IMG/VR virus record: IMGVR_UViG_3300042363_000536
Span: 1 to 44,721 of that record
Direction: 5' to 3' (one strand)
Length of the DNA stretch: 44,721 nt
Source of the DNA: a virus
Lineage: Duplodnaviria; Caudoviricetes
In this document: piece after piece, positions 1-8,509 of the stretch
Layout: every line of letters starts with the position of its first letter
How positions within the stretch are numbered: position 1 is the stretch's first letter
The notes under the pieces: generated by a model
The model's input: only the letters and a program-made list of their open reading frames with translations
Database searches by the model: none
Told to the model about the DNA's origin: nothing
Program-made: the position numbers and the translations under genes

Positions 1-77
1 TTCAATACCACTGTCGCAAAAGTGAACGGCATTTTGACGAAGCCTTCCACGCGCCGCGCTATGGAACAGGTATTCAC
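1..77 (+). repeat. Terminal direct repeat, left copy (circularity overlap)
   Basis: Identical to 44645-44721; falls inside one continuous ORF. Confidence 0.97.
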
Positions 78-522
78 GCCGGAAGAGATGTCTGCAATGG
101 ATCAGATCCGCAAGCAGGCGTCGGTATCAAATCGCTTGAACACCAAAGCAACGGCGGGAAGTGACACGGCCTCCAATCTCACAACAGGTTCAGAAGTCAG
201 TTCCACAGTCAATAAAGTCTACTGGGGTCTGCCCGGTATCCGCGCTGCAAAGATTGTTAAGAGCATCGCAGACATCGGCGGTGCGCTTGGTCGCGCCATA
301 GTGATGAAAGACCCCGAAAAGGTGACTCAAGAGTTGTTGGTTGACGCGATGCTTGATCCCAAACTCGCCAAGGCGCTTCTCATGCGCGAAACCGACAAAA
401 ACCTACCGATGATGAGAGGTGCCGTCGAACCTTGGCTCAATAACTGGCTGCAAAACAATGGCGGTGGCGAGGAGGTCAAAAGCTCCAAGCCTACCCGAGC
501 CAAGAAGCTCTTGAGCGAATAA
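1..522 (+). CDS. C-terminal part of the large ejection/internal virion protein starting at 42296
   Basis: In frame with the 42296 ORF across the circular junction (44645-42296=2349, a multiple of 3). Confidence 0.9.
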   Translation, partial: FNTTVAKVNGILTKPSTRRAMEQVFTPEEMSAMDQIRKQASVSNRLNTKATAGSDTASNLTTGSEVSSTVNKVYWGLPGIRAAKIVKSIADIGGALGRAIVMKDPEKVTQELLVDAMLDPKLAKALLMRETDKNLPMMRGAVEPWLNNWLQNNGGGEEVKSSKPTRAKKLLSE

Positions 523-524
523 CA

Positions 525-1196
525 ATGGATCTCTCAGACAACCTCATCAATTCGGTCAAAGGGTTCGAGGGGTTCACGCCCCGCGCTCACAAGGACTACA
601 AACAGACCTCAATCGGTCACGGCACGAAAGCCCTCCCGGGGCAGACGACCATTACCCGCGAGCAGGCTGACCTCGCCCTTCGCGCCGAACTCGCCAAGCA
701 CGCCGCGATGGTGGACGCCGCAGCCCAGCGGTACGGTCTGCACCTTGCGCCGACCCAGCGGGACGCCCTCGTCAGTTTTGACTACAATACGGGCTCTGGC
801 CCCAGACTCCTCGAACGGGCAGGTGGAGACCTGTCCAAGATCCCCGCCCTCATGGGAGAGTACGTCAATGTCACCGAGGCAGACGGAAGCAAGCACCCTT
901 TGGCTGGGTTGGTGAGCCGCCGCAACTCTGAGATTTCCATGTTCACAGGTGGCCCCTATGCAGGGCTACCGAGCCAAACGGTATCGAATTCGACACCTTT
1001 AGCCCAAGCTAACGCACCTGTCGCGAGTCTGCCTGCATTGGTCTCAGGTCTGCCGTCTGTCGAGTCCCTGCAAATCCCTACCAAGGCTACACGGTCACAG
1101 GTTGCACAGCTTCAGATGGAGCCCGTTCGCAACGACTCGATTCGGATTGCTCAGAGCCTTCCGAGCTTGTTTATCGACCCGAGCGTTGTCCAGTAA
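525..1196 (+). CDS. GH24-type phage lysozyme with low-complexity C-terminal tail, probably virion-associated
   Basis: VKGFEGF..AHKD....SIGHG catalytic region, QRDALVSFDYNTG, GLVSRRNSE; last gene of the ejection cluster. Confidence 0.85.
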   Translation: MDLSDNLINSVKGFEGFTPRAHKDYKQTSIGHGTKALPGQTTITREQADLALRAELAKHAAMVDAAAQRYGLHLAPTQRDALVSFDYNTGSGPRLLERAGGDLSKIPALMGEYVNVTEADGSKHPLAGLVSRRNSEISMFTGGPYAGLPSQTVSNSTPLAQANAPVASLPALVSGLPSVESLQIPTKATRSQVAQLQMEPVRNDSIRIAQSLPSLFIDPSVVQ

Positions 1197-1197
1197 C

Positions 1198-1414
1198 GCC
1201 CCGATTCCGCCCTGTCGGTTTTACCCTACACCGTAACTATTTGATTTCATGGCGCGCCCAAGGGGAATCGAACCCCTGTTTTCGCCGTGAAAGAACGCAG
1301 ACGCCAACAGCCAACAGACAACGATTTCAAGGAAATCAGGCTATAGGCTAATCTGTTGATGGTCATTGTAGGTTACAATCTACACCCCATTGGGGCGTTA
1401 TGCCCCGATTCCGC
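1198..1414. repeat. Candidate integrase arm-type sites flanking the attP core
   Basis: GCCCCGATTCCGC at 1198-1210 and 1402-1414; TAACGCCCC at 1194-1202 with inverted copy GGGGCGTTA at 1392-1400. Confidence 0.65.
1250..1293 (-). other. attP: attP core: 3' half of tRNA-Glu(TTC)
   Basis: Minus strand CTTTCACGGCGAAAACAGGGGTTCGATTCCCCTTGGGCGCGCCA = anticodon loop (TTC), T-arm AGGGG-TTCGATT-CCCCT, acceptor strand and CCA; the 5' half is absent. Confidence 0.9.
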
Positions 1415-1458
1415 GCAACACAAAACCTTGCCAAAAGTGCAATCTCCTGTACCTCAAG

Positions 1459-1899
1459 TCAGAGCCTTTTCCTAAAATAAAGAGCCTTGTCGCCCGCGTA
1501 CTTGGACTCTGGGGTATAGAGACGGAAGCCGCAGGCGATCAGACTATTCGCAGACGCCAAGTTCCAGCTTAGAACGTAGGCGATTACCTCCCTGAAGCCG
1601 TGTCTGCGGGCCATCGCCACCCTCGCCTTGATGAGCTTCTTTTGAAGCCCCTTACCCCTGTGTCTGGTTCGCACGCCTGCACGGGTCAAGAGAGCCAGCC
1701 CCTTGTTCGCCTCGTGCAGGCAGGCCCGCATCCCAGCGAAGGCAATCGCACGCCCCCGCCAGTCCCGAATGACCCACCACCAGCTACCCTCTGGCTTTAC
1801 CGCCTCGTCGCTCTCGAACAGCAACTTGTCCAGAGTCGCCACGTCTAGGAGCACTCTTTCGGGTAGGTTGTCTGGGCTTGCTTCGCATCGAAGTTTCAC
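1459..1899 (-). CDS. GNAT-family acetyltransferase
   Basis: Motif A RAGVRTRHRGKGLQKKL and motif B NLASANSLIACGF. Confidence 0.88.
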   Translation of the reverse strand: MKLRCEASPDNLPERVLLDVATLDKLLFESDEAVKPEGSWWWVIRDWRGRAIAFAGMRACLHEANKGLALLTRAGVRTRHRGKGLQKKLIKARVAMARRHGFREVIAYVLSWNLASANSLIACGFRLYTPESKYAGDKALYFRKRL

Positions 1900-2287
1900 T
1901 GGGGCAGGTTAGGATTCCGCCGTGAATCTTATGGTGACAGCACGCACAGGCAAGCACGCATTTTTCAGCTTCAGCCCTCAGTGCAGCGTAGCTTTTCCCA
2001 GACCCCGCAGACAGTCCAAACGACTTTTTAGAGGGGTCTATGTGGTGAAAATGAAGGGCGGGGAGGTAGTCATCATACCCGCAGAATTGGCACTTACCAC
2101 CCCACTCATGCTTCAACTTTCCCAGAATATCTTGTGCCCGTTTTTTGGTTCGGAGACGGTGTTTCTCCCTGTGAGAGGGGTTTGTGTAGTAGACGACAGT
2201 GCTGTGAGCTACCCCTAGAACGGAAGCAATATCCACTACCTTCATTCCCATGTCTCTAAGCCTCCCGGCTTTGGCCTTCAGGGTCAC
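1784..2287 (-). CDS. HNH endonuclease with N-terminal HTH
   Basis: GGKCQFCGY...LHFHHIDP...KCVLACACCHHKIH; N-terminal VVDIASVLGVAHSTV; C-terminal tail overlaps the GNAT gene. Confidence 0.8.
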   Translation of the reverse strand: MTLKAKAGRLRDMGMKVVDIASVLGVAHSTVVYYTNPSHREKHRLRTKKRAQDILGKLKHEWGGKCQFCGYDDYLPALHFHHIDPSKKSFGLSAGSGKSYAALRAEAEKCVLACACCHHKIHGGILTCPSETSMRSKPRQPTRKSAPRRGDSGQVAVRERRGGKARG

Positions 2288-2371
2288 AGGGCGACATACA
2301 AGCGTGGCCCATTGTAGGGGGCAAGCTAAAAGTGTTGATTTTTGTAGGGTGCCAGTCTACATATTGGCCCG

Positions 2372-2842
2372 ATGCAGACACTCGCCTCGATCTACCGCTT
2401 CCTTCAGCTTTTTGCCCACGCCGGACACCATTTGGCGAGCGGCTGCACGTTCAATCAGGATCACGCTTTCTTCGGCGAGCTGTACGCGGCTTACGGGGAA
2501 GCCTTTGACGAGATCGTTGAGCGACTGATCGGCATGGGCAAATTGTCTGGGGTCAAGGATCGCATCGCACTCGATACCAAGGCGTCTGCGATCCTTGCAA
2601 AGACAGACAGCGAAGAGCTGATGTGCTCCGAGGACTGTTTCGAGATTCTTTTGGAAATGGAGCAAGAGATTTGTGGGAAGATTGAAAAACTGATCGAAGG
2701 AAAACTGTCACAGGGTACGATCAACCTCCTCGCACAGCTCGCAGACGACAGTGAGAAGCGTCAATACAAACTTACCCAGCGCGTCGCTTCCGAAGAGGGA
2801 GATGCGGAAGAGGGTGACGACGAAATCAAGCGTGCTTACTGA
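2372..2842 (+). CDS. Dps/ferritin-like four-helix protein
   Basis: HAGHHLASGCTFNQDHAFFGELY....FDEIVER matches the Dps ferroxidase-centre pattern; C-terminal EKRQYKL helix. Confidence 0.75.
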   Translation: MQTLASIYRFLQLFAHAGHHLASGCTFNQDHAFFGELYAAYGEAFDEIVERLIGMGKLSGVKDRIALDTKASAILAKTDSEELMCSEDCFEILLEMEQEICGKIEKLIEGKLSQGTINLLAQLADDSEKRQYKLTQRVASEEGDAEEGDDEIKRAY

Positions 2843-4362
2843 TGAGCCAAGCCCCGACCCAATACACGCGTCAGGCGAATTTCATTACAGACGCGGGTAG
2901 CAATCCGTTCGGAACTCCGTCGCCCGTTAAGCTCGACGCAGAGTTTAACGCTGTAAAAACGTCAATGGATCAGACGCAGAGTCGTCTGGGAGAAATCCAA
3001 CGCGACGACGGCAAGCTCAAGAACGGCATCGTGACACTGGATAACATCGACACCAGTATCGTGTTCCCCGGTAGCATGGTCGCACAGGACGGGATTACAA
3101 ATTACCACCTCGCAAATGACGCGGTGGATACGCCGCAAATTGTTAATTGGAGCGTCACGACAGACAAGCTCGCGGATAACAGCATCACCGACGTGAAGAT
3201 TCAGAACGGTGCAATCAGTATTGAGAAAGTCGGCGGTCTGGGTACTGCGCTTGCTGGAAAAGCTGCCGCCTCGCATACGCACACCAAAGCCCAAATCACA
3301 GACTTCGCCCATCAACATACGTTCGATGATGTGCCGGGGTTGCAGGGTGCGTTGGACGCAAGAGCCGCTGTATCGCACACGCATACCAAATCCCAGATTA
3401 CCGACTTCGCTCACAACCATGCGATCGCAGATGTGAGCGGGCTACAGACAGCTTTGGATGGCAAGCAGGTTGCGGGAAGTTACGTCACGCTCGTCAACGG
3501 AGTCGTACCTTCTTCAATGCTACCCAGTTACGTTGACGACGTGCTGGAATATCCCACGGCTTCCACGTTCCCGGGTACAGGGGAACAGGGTAAAATCTAC
3601 ATCGCGCTCGATACGAACCAGACTTATCGCTGGTCTGGTACGGCCTATATTGTAATCACTTCCTCCCCCGGAAGTACCGACGCAATCCCAGAAGGTAGCT
3701 CTAATCTCTACTACACAAACGCTCGCGCTTCCGCTGCGGCCCCGGTTCAGTCTGTGGCAGGAAAGACAGGCGCGGTTACTCTCGCTATTGCTGACGTATC
3801 TGGACTTCAGACTGCGCTGAATAACGCTGGACAAGTCACTTCCGTCGCTGGCCGTACTGGTGCTGTTACTCTGGCGAAAGCTGATGTCGGGCTCGGTAAC
3901 GTCGATAACACCAGCGACGTAAATAAGCCGATTTCGACGGCGGTGCAGACGGCTTTGGACGGTAAGCAGGCCGCAGGTAGCTACGCGCCCGCAACTGGGA
4001 TCGCTCCAACTGCGATCACGGGTACCGCAGTCATCACAACTGACAGCAGGCTTTCGGATTCAAGAACACCGACCGCTCACACCCACCCGGCGAGCGAGGT
4101 AACGGGTATCGCAAAACAGGTTTTCCAAGGCTTTAGCGTTTCGACGTTCGACACCTCCATACCGACGTTTTCAAGTGGAGTCCTAACCTCATTCACTTTG
4201 AAAAGTGGTGGGATTAATGGAACCACGGTCAACACCGTCGAGTATAATTACAGCGATGGCAACCTGACATCCAAAGTCTTGAAAGCCGCCAGTGGGGCCA
4301 CCTTAAACACGATCACGCTGAATTATTCTTCTGGAACCCTAACCTCAAAAGTGCTGACCTAA
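2842..4362 (+). CDS. Tail fibre (second copy), HxH and SVAG[KR]TGAVTL repeats
   Basis: N-terminus paralogous to 24921 (RQANF.TDA...LDAEF..V..S.DQTQSRL.EIQRDDG.L.NGIVT); HTHTK.QITDF repeats. Confidence 0.85.
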   Translation: MSQAPTQYTRQANFITDAGSNPFGTPSPVKLDAEFNAVKTSMDQTQSRLGEIQRDDGKLKNGIVTLDNIDTSIVFPGSMVAQDGITNYHLANDAVDTPQIVNWSVTTDKLADNSITDVKIQNGAISIEKVGGLGTALAGKAAASHTHTKAQITDFAHQHTFDDVPGLQGALDARAAVSHTHTKSQITDFAHNHAIADVSGLQTALDGKQVAGSYVTLVNGVVPSSMLPSYVDDVLEYPTASTFPGTGEQGKIYIALDTNQTYRWSGTAYIVITSSPGSTDAIPEGSSNLYYTNARASAAAPVQSVAGKTGAVTLAIADVSGLQTALNNAGQVTSVAGRTGAVTLAKADVGLGNVDNTSDVNKPISTAVQTALDGKQAAGSYAPATGIAPTAITGTAVITTDSRLSDSRTPTAHTHPASEVTGIAKQVFQGFSVSTFDTSIPTFSSGVLTSFTLKSGGINGTTVNTVEYNYSDGNLTSKVLKAASGATLNTITLNYSSGTLTSKVLT

Positions 4363-4368
4363 TACAAC

Positions 4369-4563
4369 ATGAACGACCAAATCTCACTCGCCTACAGTAG
4401 CCAACCAGACGGAACTACTTCATACGCGCTTTCTGTCATCCCAGACGGGGGCGATATGCGCAGCGTGAATCTCTCATCACTCGGTGCCGATCAGAATGAC
4501 ACGGAATTTATGTCGGCGGTCAACCAAGCAATCGCGGAATACCGCGCAGCCAAAGGATTCTAA
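4369..4563 (+). CDS. Small hypothetical protein, possible fibre accessory
   Basis: Fills the gap between two fibre genes with tight spacing. Confidence 0.7.
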   Translation: MNDQISLAYSSQPDGTTSYALSVIPDGGDMRSVNLSSLGADQNDTEFMSAVNQAIAEYRAAKGF

Positions 4564-4565
4564 TT

Positions 4566-5903
4566 ATGCCTGTAATCCGAGCAGCAGCTTCTGGAAATTG
4601 GTCGTCACCCGCAACATGGGTAGGTGGAGTATTGCCATCAAATGGTGACACAGTTGCCGCAAACGGGTTTACTATCACGATTGACCAGAATGTTACAATA
4701 GGTGGCGCAAATAATCCGCTAGTTAACGCTGGGTCTTTTGTAACTGGTCAATGGTATGAAATCACATTCGTAGGAAGCACAAACTTTACTGGCAGCGGAG
4801 CAGCTTCCAATACCGTGGGAACTATCTTTCAAGCAACTAACGCAAGCAGCGGAACTGGTATTGCAAGAGCAAGGGCCACAATTACAACTTCAGCAGTATC
4901 ACCAGCAGTTGTTGGTGGAGGATTTAATATAACAACTGCATTTACTATCAATACAGACACACGTTCTGGTAGCACGAATTGCTTAACCATCTCTGGAACT
5001 GGGAACCAAAGCTATAGTTCAATTATATGTGTGGGTGGGAGTAGTTTTGGTGGTTTGGGAATTAGCAATAATTCTACTGGCACATTGTCTTTTTCTTCAT
5101 GTTTATTTACTGGTGGCATTACAGGTGGTGGTCACGGAATGAGCCATAATACCTCTGGGGTAATATCTTTATCTTCTTGCACTATTATTGGAGGAACCGC
5201 AGGGGCTGGGGCTGATGCAATAGTAAATTCATCGACTGGATCTATTATTGTTTCTTCAAGCACAATAAGCGTACAGACTACCCCATCTACATCAAATGGA
5301 GGAATACGAAACGCTTCCACGGGATCTATAACTGTTACTGGAAGCACTATTTCTGGAGCTACTTCAGGAAATACTGCTGCCATATTGTGTAACGTAGCAA
5401 ATGGTTCACTATCAATTAGTGGAAGCACAATAACCGCTGGAAGCAATACTTCTGGAGTTTGGGTTACCGTATCACTTGTTGCTTTGTCTATTACGAACAC
5501 AACAATGACGGCATCCTCTTCACAAGTTGCTGTTAATATATCCCAGCAGTCAGTAGTTAATCCTGTCATTCAGGGATCACAGTTTGACTCCGCTACTGGT
5601 TTTGTTGCGGTGTATTGCCCTCGATACCGAATTGGTACTGCACAGCCTTTAATGCAATACCGCAAGGCACTCGACGGCACATCAACATTCACAACTCTAT
5701 TCACGGCGGACTTCGGCGTATTCGGTAATCCTACTCCGAGCGATGTGCGATCCGGCGTGACCTACGGCAACGGAAACCTGACGGGAACCTGCGCCGTCCC
5801 AAACCCCTCCAACGTCGATTTTGGAACTCCCGTGGACAACACGGTAGGAGCCGCCGTCCTCACCCCCGCGTCGGTGCAGGCCGCCGTCCTGCCCCTGCTC
5901 TAA
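4566..5903 (+). CDS. Ser/Thr/Gly-rich beta-helix-like tail spike/adhesin
   Basis: N-terminal SGNWSSPATWVGGVLP motif, NSSTG.I.V..STI repeats, C-terminal PSDVRSGVTYG. Confidence 0.7.
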   Translation: MPVIRAAASGNWSSPATWVGGVLPSNGDTVAANGFTITIDQNVTIGGANNPLVNAGSFVTGQWYEITFVGSTNFTGSGAASNTVGTIFQATNASSGTGIARARATITTSAVSPAVVGGGFNITTAFTINTDTRSGSTNCLTISGTGNQSYSSIICVGGSSFGGLGISNNSTGTLSFSSCLFTGGITGGGHGMSHNTSGVISLSSCTIIGGTAGAGADAIVNSSTGSIIVSSSTISVQTTPSTSNGGIRNASTGSITVTGSTISGATSGNTAAILCNVANGSLSISGSTITAGSNTSGVWVTVSLVALSITNTTMTASSSQVAVNISQQSVVNPVIQGSQFDSATGFVAVYCPRYRIGTAQPLMQYRKALDGTSTFTTLFTADFGVFGNPTPSDVRSGVTYGNGNLTGTCAVPNPSNVDFGTPVDNTVGAAVLTPASVQAAVLPLL

Positions 5904-6133
5904 CCAACCTGTACAGACCCTCCCTAGACAATCTCGACGCAACGGTTTCAAGTCGTCTTGCGGCCTCTGGATACACGGCCCCAGCCAACTCTGACATTGC
6001 CGCGATCAAAGCAAAGACAGACAACTTGCCCGCCTCGCCCGCCTCCGCAGGTGATACTACGGGCCTCACTGCTTACGGGGTGAGCACCCTGACCAAGGCA
6101 GACGTGACGCAGGTGGTAATCCCGCTGGTCTAA
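5900..6133 (+). pseudogene. Start-less fibre/spike C-terminal fragment
   Basis: -1 frame reads LDNLDATVSSRLAASGYTAPANSDIAAIKAKTDNLPASPA...VTQVVIPLV-stop; its stop overlaps the int stop. Confidence 0.65.
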
Positions 6134-7176
6134 CGGAAATTGACCGCCGCTCTCAAGTGATCGGGGCAATGATGCGCGTAGGCTCTCTCAACCGTGGCGA
6201 TCGTGTCACCCAGTACCCCTGCGACACGGAACAGATCGACTCCTGCGCGGGCAGCGAGGGTTGCCCAAGTCCGGCGCAAGTCATGGATCGTAAGCACAGA
6301 CAGCTTCGTGCTGATTTCTTGTACAGCTCTGGCTTGGAGAGCATCGAAGTGGTGTTGGATCGAGTAGGGGGTGTCCAGAACCCAGTCGCCGACTCTCTCA
6401 CTGAAGGCGCGTTCAAGGATTGGGCGAAGCCGATTTGAAATCGGTACAGGCACACGACGCTTGTTCTTCTGGCGCTGGCCGTTCTTATCAAAATGGATAA
6501 CCCCAGCAAGTAGATCCACCTGTTCCCATTTCAGCGTTTCGATGGATTTGCGACGCGCTGCGGTGTCGAGAGCGATCGCCACGAAACGGTGTACCCGGGA
6601 CAGACGGTCTGTGCTTGTCTGCGCGGCCAGATCCAAAAACGCTTTCTCCTCGTTCTCGTTTAACCAGAAGTCGCGGCTAGGGGCATTGGGCGGCATGGCT
6701 ATATGCGGTATATCCCCCGCATCAATGCGACGCTGTTTCCGTGCATGGTTTAACGCGGCGACAAGGGCGACGAGTTCCCGACGTATCGTGCTGTCCTGTA
6801 CCTCGCGACCGAGCTTCCCGCTCTTGCGCTTCTTCTTATAGGTCGCAATGCGATCGCTCGTCAGGTCGCAGGGAAAGAAGTCGCCAAATTCAGCTTCAAG
6901 CGGTCGGATACAATCTTCGATCCTGCGCTTGTCGAGTACCTGTTCCTCGACGTGCTCTTCGCGATAGTCTGCCAAGATGCGGCGGATGTTCAGGGTTGCC
7001 CGCTCTTTCCGTTCGGTTTCCTCTTCGAGAATCCAGCCTGCAAGGAAGCGTTGCGCTTCCGCCATGTCTGCCGTCCGAGTAGAAACCCGCTTGGAGCGTC
7101 CGTTTTCCGTCCATCGGACTTCGTAGAGTCCGGCTGGGTTGAGTTCGATGCGGGGGCCTTTGTTGGTTCTTGCCAT
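6130..7176 (-). CDS. int: Tyrosine integrase
   Basis: DTAARRKSIETLKW (R), HDLRRT (HxxR), VLGDT...RAYAH (Y); N-terminal arm-binding beta domain. Confidence 0.95.
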   Translation of the reverse strand: MARTNKGPRIELNPAGLYEVRWTENGRSKRVSTRTADMAEAQRFLAGWILEEETERKERATLNIRRILADYREEHVEEQVLDKRRIEDCIRPLEAEFGDFFPCDLTSDRIATYKKKRKSGKLGREVQDSTIRRELVALVAALNHARKQRRIDAGDIPHIAMPPNAPSRDFWLNENEEKAFLDLAAQTSTDRLSRVHRFVAIALDTAARRKSIETLKWEQVDLLAGVIHFDKNGQRQKNKRRVPVPISNRLRPILERAFSERVGDWVLDTPYSIQHHFDALQARAVQEISTKLSVLTIHDLRRTWATLAARAGVDLFRVAGVLGDTIATVERAYAHHCPDHLRAAVNFR

Positions 7177-7331
7177 TGTCGTGTTTGTTTTAGGGTTGGG
7201 ATGTCGGTTAAATCAATGAGGATGGGTCTGCCGGGAATGTAGGGCAGTCGCCCCTCCCGTCGCCAACGGGCGATTGTGCTGACAGACCGCCGCAGTAGGG
7301 CTGCGACTTCTTCCTGCGTGTAGAGCTGCAA
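6990..7331 (-). CDS. xis: Excisionase-like HTH protein
   Basis: LYTQEEVAALLRRSVSTIARWRREGRLPYI, HTH_17/MerR-like; TTG start; overlaps the int 5' end. Confidence 0.75.
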   Translation of the reverse strand: MQLYTQEEVAALLRRSVSTIARWRREGRLPYIPGRPILIDLTDIPTLKQTRQWQEPTKAPASNSTQPDSTKSDGRKTDAPSGFLLGRQTWRKRNASLQAGFSKRKPNGKSGQP

Positions 7332-7335
7332 AATT

Positions 7336-7671
7336 TCACTTCTTGAGGATGCTAAAAATTTGAAGTGCTTGGTCGAGTTCCACGGCCTGTATAATCTTTA
7401 ACCGCATTTTGCCATCTGGAAGCTGAGTCATTTCCATTACAGCTTCCTCATTAACAGGGGTTGTGTAATCAGGTAATAGGTCGGCGGGGGTGCAACCAAG
7501 GGCGTTGGCGATGCGGGCGAGGTTTTTTGGCGTCGGCTTAACCGTGCCATTGATATAGGTGCTGATGCTGTCTCGCCCGAGCTTGCAAGCTCTCGCCAGA
7601 TCACTCTGGTTCCAGTTTTTAACGCGCAACCTTTCCTTGAGTCGGGCTCCGAAGTCGTTTGATTCGTTCAT
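7336..7671 (-). CDS. XRE-family immunity repressor (CI-like, no S24 peptidase domain)
   Basis: NQSDLARACKLGRDSISTYINGTVKP HTH; divergent from a cro-like gene. Confidence 0.88.
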   Translation of the reverse strand: MNESNDFGARLKERLRVKNWNQSDLARACKLGRDSISTYINGTVKPTPKNLARIANALGCTPADLLPDYTTPVNEEAVMEMTQLPDGKMRLKIIQAVELDQALQIFSILKK

Positions 7672-7823
7672 TGTTTCCGCCTTGTTGATTTCACCTCCTA
7701 CATAACCCTACACCTTGTAGGGTGTCAACAGCGAATTTCCTAACGATTTCGCTTAGAAAGTTGTTGACCAGCACAACCGACAATTTGTAGGCTCCGACGA
7801 AAGGTAGGTCACCCACAATTTTT
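7672..7823. promoter_or_regulatory. Lysis/lysogeny switch with divergent promoters and three operators CC[T/G]AC[A/G]-N3-[T/G]GTAGG
   Basis: Operators at 7707-7721, 7777-7791 and 7794-7808; TTGACA on minus strand at 7728-7723; TTGACC-N18-TAGGCT on plus strand at 7764-7793. Confidence 0.8.
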
Positions 7824-8051
7824 ATGCCAACCAACAAAATCGACACCAAACGTCTCATCGCGTACTTCGGAGGGAGGACACCATGTCACCAACTACTCGC
7901 TAAGTCAGGGCACCATGTATCCAAGAAAGCCCTAGAAAAGTGGCAGGAGCGGCAATCCATTCCGCTTCACCGTCTGCTTCAACTTGTCGAAGCGGATCAG
8001 AAGTTTAATGGCCGCGCGCTCAACATTCAGGAGTACGTCATCAATGAGTAG
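7824..8051 (+). CDS. Cro-like regulator
   Basis: LIAYFGG...VSKKALEKWQERQSIP pattern; position opposite the repressor. Confidence 0.75.
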   Translation: MPTNKIDTKRLIAYFGGRTPCHQLLAKSGHHVSKKALEKWQERQSIPLHRLLQLVEADQKFNGRALNIQEYVINE

Positions 8052-8154
8052 GGACGCTTTTTTGAAAAGCCTTATGCACCGCGCCTTGAACGGGTGTCAT
8101 CGGGCCGCTCTCGTCCTGTGTAAGCGTTACGGGATCATCGTTCACCTTTTCTAA
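8044..8154 (+). CDS. 36-aa hypothetical protein (MSRDAFLKSL...)
   Basis: Read manually; overlaps the cro end and stops 4 nt before the next ATG. Confidence 0.55.
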   Translation: MSRDAFLKSLMHRALNGCHRAALVLCKRYGIIVHLF

Positions 8155-8158
8155 AAAT

Positions 8159-8509
8159 ATGAACAGCCGCGCAAAAGGAGCTAGGGGAGAAAGACAATGG
8201 CGTGACCAACTTCGTGAGAATGGATACGAGGCCAGACGAGGACAACAGTTTGCAGGTGGCACCGACAGCCCGGATGTCATCTGCGAAGACCTGAAGGGAT
8301 TCCACTTTGAAGTGAAACTCGTGCAGGCCCTCAACGTCGATAAAGTCATGCGCGAACAGGCCGCGCCAGACGCGGGGACAAAGATCCCAGTCATCGCCCA
8401 CAAGAAAGACAGATGCGATTGGCTCGTGACCATCAAAGCCGACGACTTTTTCAAGATCCTACGCAACTGCGATTTGGATTCCTTGAACAACACGAAACCC
8501 CTCCCATGA
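8159..8509 (+). CDS. Hjc-type Holliday junction resolvase (PD-(D/E)XK)
   Basis: SRAKGARGER...SPDVI...FEVK. Confidence 0.85.
   Translation: MNSRAKGARGERQWRDQLRENGYEARRGQQFAGGTDSPDVICEDLKGFHFEVKLVQALNVDKVMREQAAPDAGTKIPVIAHKKDRCDWLVTIKADDFFKILRNCDLDSLNNTKPLP

Noticed and set aside
1-77. 77-bp repeat as a biological terminal repeat
   Set aside because: It lies mid-gene and equals a common assembler k-mer length, so it indicates circularity only.
1250-1325. Intact tRNA-Glu gene
   Set aside because: Similarity stops at the anticodon loop; no D-arm or 5' acceptor strand.
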